From a virus (lineage: Duplodnaviria; Caudoviricetes), in IMG/VR virus record IMGVR_UViG_3300023092_000004, positions 1 through 39,851 of that record: DNA of 39,851 nt. The stretch is one strand, 5' to 3'. Both the position numbers and the translations under genes were made by a program. This document shows positions 34,370-39,851 of this stretch, piece by piece (the stretch's first letter is position 1; each line of letters begins with the position of its first letter). The notes below the pieces were generated by a model. It ran no database searches, was not told the origin of the DNA, and worked only from the letters and a program-made list of their open reading frames with translations.

Positions 34370-35778
34370 CCGATTCTTCCTCCGCCCGCGGGCCTCACGG
34401 GCACCAGGTCATCGCCTCGGTACGCCTGAGTCAGCGGCACGGGCACAGTATAGCGCGGTTCCGAGACGGGCTTCGTCATGAGTTCCGCCACCTTCACCAT
34501 GACAGCCATGTAGCGGAATGCGTCCGCCGTGTGGCTGCTCCAGTCGTGCACCGGGCTCTCACGGAAACACTTCCGCGCCGCGTCCCACTCCCGGTGGTAG
34601 GCGCGCAGGGCCTCCACGCCGTCGCAGTCCCGGCTGTGCGCCTCGAAGGAGCAGCGGGGGTGAATGCGCGTGCCCTCGTGCAGCAGCAGGGCGCGGGAGG
34701 CTTGAATGCCGTCGAGCAGGCCGAGTTCTGGGGTAATGCCCACGTGCGCCGCGCCGAACTTCTTCACTGCCTGCTCAAGCACGGACTGCTTCGTCGCCAG
34801 CGTCTTCGCGCGCGCGTCGTGCGGCAGCATGTGCTTGCGGTAGCGCCAGCCATGGAGCCGGGCGCGCTCCTCCACGACATCGAAGTAATGCTCGAGGTCC
34901 TCGCCGTTGGAGGCGTAGTGGTCCAGTACCTCAATGCCCTCGGGCCCGGGGCGCCACCACCAAATGGCGGTGTCGTCCGAGCGGCCCAAGTCCCACGAGG
35001 TGAAGACGTCGTCGCGGCCGTGTGCGAAGTCGGCGAAGCGGCCCTGCGCTTCGGCGAGCGCCATGGTGACGCCGTAGTAGGAGCCCACATTCGCGGCGTT
35101 GAAGTCGCAGAAGTACTCTTGCTGGATGAGTTCTTCCGGCATGCCCGAGGCGCGCTCTTCCTCGACGGTGCGGACCGGGTCATAAGCGCGGGTGTCGCCG
35201 AGCGTCTTCAGGTCGCAGAACCACGAGGGGTCCTTGCGCGCCATTTCGTAGAGCTTGTGGGCGTGGTTCTTCCCACGCGGCGTGGTGGGAAACCATGCCC
35301 AGCCATCATTCTCGCGCAACATGGGGCGGATGAGGTCCCAGGTATTGGGCTTCGCCAGGGCGTACTCGCTGAGCACCACGCCCACGGGGCCCGCGCCCAC
35401 CACCTCCATCTTGTCGCTACCAAGGAGCCGCCAGATGGAACCGCACTTGAGCGTCACCACCATTTCCCCGTTGGTGGTGAATTCGCGCGGGCTCTTGCGT
35501 ATCTCGCGGGGAAACACCTGCTCCAGAATCCTCTGTCCGTCCTTGGTGAACCCCTCCCAGATGGCCTTCTTGCCCTGCTCGGCGGTGGGGAAGATGTGCC
35601 AGTAGACGCCCGTGCGCTTGTGGGCCTCCTTGCACGTCTGGTGGAGGGCCGTGAGGTCCTTGCCCCCGCGCCGGTGCCAGATGGTCATCACGCGTCTCCC
35701 ACCCGCGTCCATGTACCGCATGGGCGCTTCCTGGTAGGCGCGCGGCGTCCAACCGTTGGGCAGGGTGACCGTGGGCAT
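34366..35778 (-). CDS. terL: terminase large subunit
   Basis: PRAYQ, WHRRGGKD (Walker A), VVLSEY (Walker B), TTPRGKN, WDLGRSD and HDWSSHTADAFRY motifs. Confidence 0.95.
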   Translation of the reverse strand: MPTVTLPNGWTPRAYQEAPMRYMDAGGRRVMTIWHRRGGKDLTALHQTCKEAHKRTGVYWHIFPTAEQGKKAIWEGFTKDGQRILEQVFPREIRKSPREFTTNGEMVVTLKCGSIWRLLGSDKMEVVGAGPVGVVLSEYALAKPNTWDLIRPMLRENDGWAWFPTTPRGKNHAHKLYEMARKDPSWFCDLKTLGDTRAYDPVRTVEEERASGMPEELIQQEYFCDFNAANVGSYYGVTMALAEAQGRFADFAHGRDDVFTSWDLGRSDDTAIWWWRPGPEGIEVLDHYASNGEDLEHYFDVVEERARLHGWRYRKHMLPHDARAKTLATKQSVLEQAVKKFGAAHVGITPELGLLDGIQASRALLLHEGTRIHPRCSFEAHSRDCDGVEALRAYHREWDAARKCFRESPVHDWSSHTADAFRYMAVMVKVAELMTKPVSEPRYTVPVPLTQAYRGDDLVPVRPAGGGRIG

Positions 35779-35963
35779 CAGGCCGGAGGCGCCTCCCGGA
35801 GCACCGCGCACCCGGCGCACTGACACTGTGAGCCGTGCTCGGCGGTGAGCGCGCGGAGGGCGGACTCGATTCGGTCCAGCGCCTCGTGCCCGTTGCGGTA
35901 ACTCGCCGGGAAGTCATCCCCACCGGCCGCAAGCGCGTCTCGCACCTTCTCGGTGTCGTTCAC
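35778..35963 (-). CDS. small hypothetical protein (CQCAGC)
   Basis: GTGA and TGATG overlaps. Confidence 0.65.
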   Translation of the reverse strand: MNDTEKVRDALAAGGDDFPASYRNGHEALDRIESALRALTAEHGSQCQCAGCAVLREAPPA

Positions 35964-36474
35964 CCGCCACCTCGCAGGGCCTGGAGCATGGCGGCCATGC
36001 GCGCCTTCGTCTGCTCGGGGGCAGGCTGGGGGAGCGGCAGTGGCACGAGTTCCTCGCCCTCTGGTACCTCCTGCACGCCCTCGGGGAAGGTGCCCGAGAG
36101 GTAGCGCGCCTCGTCCAGAGAGATGGGGCCCCTCCTCTCGTTGCCGCGCATGTCCAGCGAGTAGGCGCTGAAGATGGCTCTCCGCCCTCCACCTGCGTGC
36201 GCTGAATGCGCACCGGGCCCTGGTTGCCCTCGGGGAGGAAGCCCCGCGTGCGCAGCGCCTCGGCCGCGGCACGGGTGCGGGCGCCTGCGTCGTCGACGGC
36301 CTGGGAGTAGTTGTTCTCGGCACGCTCCAGACGCGTGGGAAGGCCCTCCTGGCGCAGCTGCATGGCCTCGGCCTCGGAGATGTCCCGGTGCGCCGTGCCG
36401 TTGGCGTCACGGCGCATGAGGCGCCACGAGCCGCCATCCATCTTCACCAGGTAGCGCTGCTGGGTGTCGCTCAC
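35960..36474 (-). pseudogene. single gene apparently split by a -1 frameshift near 36178
   Basis: GC3 bias switches frame at GGC GGA GA|G CC; the second frame has no start before 36151. Confidence 0.55.
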
Positions 36475-36824
36475 GTCTCCCCCTTCGGCCCGGCCAACGT
36501 CTGCACGATGATTTGCAGCCCCTCGCCCTCGGGCCCGGCAACCTGCAACTCTGCGGGCAAGTCGCCATACGCCCGCTTGTAGAGCAGCTCCGAGGCGCGC
36601 ACGGCGTCCCTTGCCTCAGCAGCGCCCTCGAAGCCTGGGGCGGTGTTGCGGATGATGCCCCGCCAGAAATCGAGCAACTCTTTTCCGTCTCCGAGCTGCT
36701 GACGCAGGTACTCCCCAAAGGCGTCCTTGCGACGACCTCCCGGGTTGCCTGACTCGCCCTTCTTGAAGGGTCGGCCGACAACGCGTTTGCCTGCTGCTCC
36801 GTGCTCAGAGTCGTGCTCAGCCAT
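36471..36824 (-). CDS. terS: terminase small subunit
   Basis: GRPFKKGESGNPGGR motif, ELLYKRAYG and ELQVAGPEG; upstream of terL. Confidence 0.85.
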   Translation of the reverse strand: MAEHDSEHGAAGKRVVGRPFKKGESGNPGGRRKDAFGEYLRQQLGDGKELLDFWRGIIRNTAPGFEGAAEARDAVRASELLYKRAYGDLPAELQVAGPEGEGLQIIVQTLAGPKGET

Positions 36825-36834
36825 CGCTCAGATG

Positions 36835-36863
36835 AGTATGCTGGGCGGGCAACCAACATTCAA
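36835..36863 (-). promoter_or_regulatory. candidate virion-operon promoter
   Basis: TTGAAT-17-CATACT, 10 nt before the terS ATG. Confidence 0.55.
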
Positions 36864-37382
36864 GCGAGCGCGCGGCGAAACGCCTACGCGAAGCGGTGAC
36901 TTCCGCGCAACTCGCGACAGAGGCGGGGACAACCACGCCAACAACCCGGCGCCTGTCCCCTGGTAACCGGTACCCTCTGCTTCTTCGCGTCCGACACGCA
37001 GCCACCTTCGGTGGGGCCCTCCGCTCCGCTCCGTGCCTGTTGTGCGGGGGACTGACTGCCACCCGATGGCAACCGGCGGAGGCAGAGCCCCTCGCGAAGG
37101 CCACCACCCAGGCGAGGAGCAAGGCGCGGCAGCGAGTAGCACACGACGACGCCCGGCACGGGCGAGATGAGCGGTGGAGGAGGCGCGAGAGGCCGCAGCT
37201 CGTCCTCGCTACGCTCGTTCTCGCAGGCCCACCCCCTTCCCCCTCCCACGGAGGCCCGGGGTGCTGTCAACAACGGAAATCTGAGGGTGGCCAACCCTCC
37301 GAAACGACAGCGGGTCCGACATGTAACCCTCAGAAATCTGAGGCCTCAAAAAACTGATAGTCGCTATGACATCGACGTCGTA

Positions 37383-37411
37383 TTGACGCGTGTCGCATGT
37401 CGCGGCATTGT
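37383..37411 (+). promoter_or_regulatory. promoter of a rightward accessory operon
   Basis: TTGACG-17-CATTGT, with tandem TGTCGC in the spacer. Confidence 0.6.
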
Positions 37412-37447
37412 GCACTTCATGGCCGCTCGGTGCGGCAGGGAGGGTCC

Positions 37448-37927
37448 ATGGGACTCGATACAACACATGACTGCTGGCATGGCTCGTACGGGGCGTTTCA
37501 CGTCTGGCGCTCCGCCATCGCCAAGGCGGCGGGGCTGCCGAACCTGGAGCGGATGGAGGGCTACTGGGAGGTAGACAGGCCCGCGTCCGGGCTCCAGCTG
37601 GAATACCGCGTCGTCGCTCAGGCCCTCGACAGAGCTGGCATGCCGGACCTCGCGAAGAATGTGCGGGAGTTCCAGCAGGAGCCGCCCATCCGCTGGGACG
37701 CGCTGAAGCCGAGCCCGCTCCACGTGCTGCTACATCACTCCGACTGCGACGGGTGGATTCCTGCCGAGTGCTGCATCCCGCTGGCCGATGCGCTGGAGGC
37801 TCTGCTTCCGCTCCTCCCGGATGGACCCGGGCGCTACCCCGAGGACTTCTTCCGCGATTCTACCCGCCAGTTCGTCGCCGGGCTGCGTGAGGCCGGGGCC
37901 GCTGGCGAGAACGTGGAGTTCCACTGA
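37448..37927 (+). CDS. hypothetical protein (HSDCDG motif)
   Basis: SD; MGLD..W.GSYGAF..WR and LLHHSDCDGWI segments. Confidence 0.85.
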   Translation: MGLDTTHDCWHGSYGAFHVWRSAIAKAAGLPNLERMEGYWEVDRPASGLQLEYRVVAQALDRAGMPDLAKNVREFQQEPPIRWDALKPSPLHVLLHHSDCDGWIPAECCIPLADALEALLPLLPDGPGRYPEDFFRDSTRQFVAGLREAGAAGENVEFH

Positions 37928-38124
37928 TGCCCCCGCGCACCGGCACCCGCGGCGGCCCCAAGGGCTACCGCAAATGGCCCACCCCCGACGGCATGTGCCG
38001 CGCTGGGTGTGGGCGGCAGTACCAACCCGGGCGCGGCTCTAAGGGCCGTTGCCCCGCCTGCTCGCGCAAGGCGCAGCGGGCTGCCAAACCGCGCATCACC
38101 GCCGCCCTGGAGGAGAGGACATGA
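37927..38124 (+). CDS. basic C4 zinc-finger protein, paralog 1
   Basis: MCRAGCGRQYQPGRGSKGRCPAC. Confidence 0.75.
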   Translation: MPPRTGTRGGPKGYRKWPTPDGMCRAGCGRQYQPGRGSKGRCPACSRKAQRAAKPRITAALEERT

Positions 38125-38462
38125 GCGTGCTCATCAACCCCGGAACCGGGCCGCTGGAGAGCGGGACGAAGGCCCAGGCGCGGCTGAATCTCATTGCCCT
38201 GCTGGTAGAAGCGGGCGTGGGCCCTGTCGCCGTGGGCCGCATGGTGTCCGATGGCCGTGGGCGCTGGGACGTGACCTGTCGCACGAAGGGGCGGAGCGTG
38301 GACGTCTCCATTCCCGGGTGCCCGCTGGGCAATCTACGAGATGGCAAGGACATGTGGCGACCCCGCCTCTACGTGGATGGCAATTCCTGGTACTGGCGAT
38401 TCGCTGTCGAACTCGTGTCCGACGCGCTGCTGGGTGACGCCGCGCCGGAGGAGAAGCCGTGA
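38121..38462 (+). CDS. hypothetical protein
   Basis: SD; PRLYVDGNSWYW. Confidence 0.75.
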   Translation: MSVLINPGTGPLESGTKAQARLNLIALLVEAGVGPVAVGRMVSDGRGRWDVTCRTKGRSVDVSIPGCPLGNLRDGKDMWRPRLYVDGNSWYWRFAVELVSDALLGDAAPEEKP

Positions 38463-38653
38463 GCAAGGCGCTGCGCAGGTTATGGCACCGCGTCGAGCAC
38501 CGCTTCGGATGGAACCTCGGAGTGGTGGACACGTGGTGGGAGAACGGGGTGCTCATGACGGCCTTCCGCTGCCAGGGGTGTGGAAGGCGCTCGCACCGGC
38601 ACATCGCCACGCTGCCGCATCTGGGCACACCGCCCGAGGAGATGAGACAATGA
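38459..38653 (+). CDS. hypothetical protein (H..CxxC)
   Basis: SD and GTGA overlap. Confidence 0.65.
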   Translation: MSKALRRLWHRVEHRFGWNLGVVDTWWENGVLMTAFRCQGCGRRSHRHIATLPHLGTPPEEMRQ

Positions 38654-38856
38654 ACTGCGCCAACCCCGCGTGCGGGCACCACGAGAGCATGCATCGCCCG
38701 AGTGGATGCATTGCGATCGACCGACGAGACACTCCATGGCGGGGGATGCGCCCGCTGCTCTGTCCGTGCGACGAGTTTGTTCGCCCAGCCGGCACCCGCG
38801 AACCGCTCATGCGCCAGCTCGACGCGGTGATTGAGTCGAGGACAAAGAAAAGCTGA
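38650..38856 (+). CDS. Cys/His-rich hypothetical protein
   Basis: C..CGH..H..C..CPC. Confidence 0.65.
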   Translation: MNCANPACGHHESMHRPSGCIAIDRRDTPWRGMRPLLCPCDEFVRPAGTREPLMRQLDAVIESRTKKS

Positions 38857-38857
38857 A

Positions 38858-38893
38858 TATGCTCTTGCGCTCGACAGGAGCATAATACATTAT
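38858..38893 (+). promoter_or_regulatory. promoter with an overlapping palindromic operator
   Basis: TTGCGC(38865)-17-CATTAT(38888); TATGCTCTTG-7-CAGGAGCATA inverted repeat (9/10). Confidence 0.65.
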
Positions 38894-38929
38894 CCCTCCA
38901 TGCCGCTCGGTGCGGCGGAGGAAAACACC

Positions 38930-39142
38930 ATGACCACGGACAGCAGCAGCCTTTCGGAGCGTCTCGTTTCCCGTTTGACCCGCATGCGCCGCATGAACCT
39001 CCGCGCCCGCTTCGACGAACGCGCCCATGACCTTGGAAACCTCCACCCGCGCACCGGGCGCTGGATGACCATCGAGCGCGCCGAGCGCCTGCGGGCACGT
39101 GGTGAGCTACACATCGCCCGACTCGCCACGATGTCTCGCTGA
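38930..39142 (+). CDS. Arg-rich small protein
   Basis: Hairpin plus GGAGG SD; followed by a GC hairpin at 39151-39173. Confidence 0.7.
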   Translation: MTTDSSSLSERLVSRLTRMRRMNLRARFDERAHDLGNLHPRTGRWMTIERAERLRARGELHIARLATMSR

Positions 39143-39193
39143 CGCACCCGGCCCGCCCTAGCAAGGGGCGGGCTTCAGGCGTCAGGAGGACCC

Positions 39194-39358
39194 ATGCCCG
39201 CGATGATGAAACCGAAGAAACGAGGGAAGCCCCGGCAGTACCTCAACGCGATGTGTTTAGCGTGCGGCAAGCGCCCGTACGTGCCGCACCGGGGCAGCAA
39301 GGGACGGTGCAACGCCTGCACGCAGAAGAACGCACCGGTGAAGAAGCAGCAGTCCTGA
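39194..39358 (+). CDS. basic C4 zinc-finger protein, paralog 2 (54 aa, not in the ORF track)
   Basis: AGGAGG SD; MPAMMKPKKRGKPRQYLNAMCLACGKRPYVPHRGSKGRCNACTQK. Confidence 0.8.
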   Translation: MPAMMKPKKRGKPRQYLNAMCLACGKRPYVPHRGSKGRCNACTQKNAPVKKQQS

Positions 39359-39397
39359 CGCAGCACGAGCCCCGTGGTGGGGCGGAGGAAAAAACGG

Positions 39398-39598
39398 ATG
39401 GAGACGTTGAAGAAGAACGCCGCGCGCGAGGCGTGGCTGCGGTATCGCGATGAGTGGATGGGGGCGCGTGACTCCCGCCTCGGTGGCTTTGGCGAGGCCC
39501 ACGCCGTCCGCTCTGGACGCGCTCACGCCCTCCTGGACCGCTACAACCGCATTGCCCGCCGCGCGGGTGACTGCCTCGTCGCCTGGGAGGCCCCGTGA
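39398..39598 (+). CDS. hypothetical protein
   Basis: Hairpin plus GGAGG SD. Confidence 0.7.
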   Translation: METLKKNAAREAWLRYRDEWMGARDSRLGGFGEAHAVRSGRAHALLDRYNRIARRAGDCLVAWEAP

Positions 39599-39851
39599 AG
39601 CCCCTGATTCTCAAGTACAACGGCCACGAGGCCCACGTGCCCTACGAGTTGCCGGACGCCGTGGCGGTGGACTGCTTCGTGCCGGGCTACGGCGTATACA
39701 AGGCGTCTGTTGACGTCCGGGCCGAGGACATTGAGGTGCTCGAGGTGCGCAACCCAGCCACCGGCGCCTTCCTCGAGCTCGACGAGATCGAAGAGAGCGA
39801 GCGCGCCGCCGTCATCGAGCAGGCCGGGGTCGTGGTGCGGACTTTCATGGA
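39595..39851 (+). CDS. 5' part of a hypothetical protein spanning the circular join (MKPLILKYNGHEAHVPY...EDIEVLEVRNPATG)
   Basis: GTG overlaps the upstream TGA, with a GGAGG SD. Reads in frame into the 15..557 ORF. Confidence 0.85.
   Translation, partial: MKPLILKYNGHEAHVPYELPDAVAVDCFVPGYGVYKASVDVRAEDIEVLEVRNPATGAFLELDEIEESERAAVIEQAGVVVRTFM
39726..39851. repeat. 126-bp terminal direct repeat, right copy
   Basis: Identical to 5-130. Confidence 0.95.

Noticed and set aside
29004-35823. Long plus-strand ORFs (29004-30266, 30772-32523, 34201-35823) and similar antisense ORFs elsewhere
   Set aside because: These are shadow frames of GC3-rich genes on the opposite strand, with no SD or recognisable motifs.
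36896-37357. 153-aa plus-strand ORF and overlapping minus-strand ORFs
   Set aside because: No SD, no GC3 bias and low-complexity translations.
1-39851. CRISPR array, tRNA, rRNA, reverse transcriptase/DGR, integrase, transposase
   Set aside because: No regularly spaced repeats, cloverleaf with a T-loop, RT motifs or recombinase catalytic motifs were seen by eye. Divergent examples could have been missed.

Overview
The window looks like one complete, circularly assembled dsDNA phage genome of about 39.7 kb with high GC. Bases 5-130 are identical to 39726-39851, and one gene reads through the join. The minus-strand virion module is podovirus/P22-like: terS, terL, portal, scaffold, major capsid, cement, adaptor, nozzle, GNAT, three ejection proteins and a tail fibre. 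The early region is lambdoid-like: Bet/RecT, a YqaJ exonuclease, one XRE HTH, a replication initiator containing 21-bp-phased iterons, a DnaC-like ATPase and a VRR-NUC-like nuclease. It also carries a TGT/DpdA-like gene, an amidase and about 50 small hypothetical genes. I found no integrase, CI, tRNA or CRISPR array. A Cys-rich domain resembling the C-terminus of Myxococcaceae Ser/Thr kinases suggests a myxobacterial host (inference). The least explained signals are: (1) two ORF-less units, each with promoter and terminator, whose RNAs are mutually complementary and bracket two small genes (3388-4437); (2) a kinase-less 'receptor ectodomain' next to a secreted protein; (3) a five-member family of GGU-loop hairpins fused to Shine-Dalgarno sites, plus two paralogous basic zinc-finger proteins. 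All family calls come from manual motif recognition; no searches were run.
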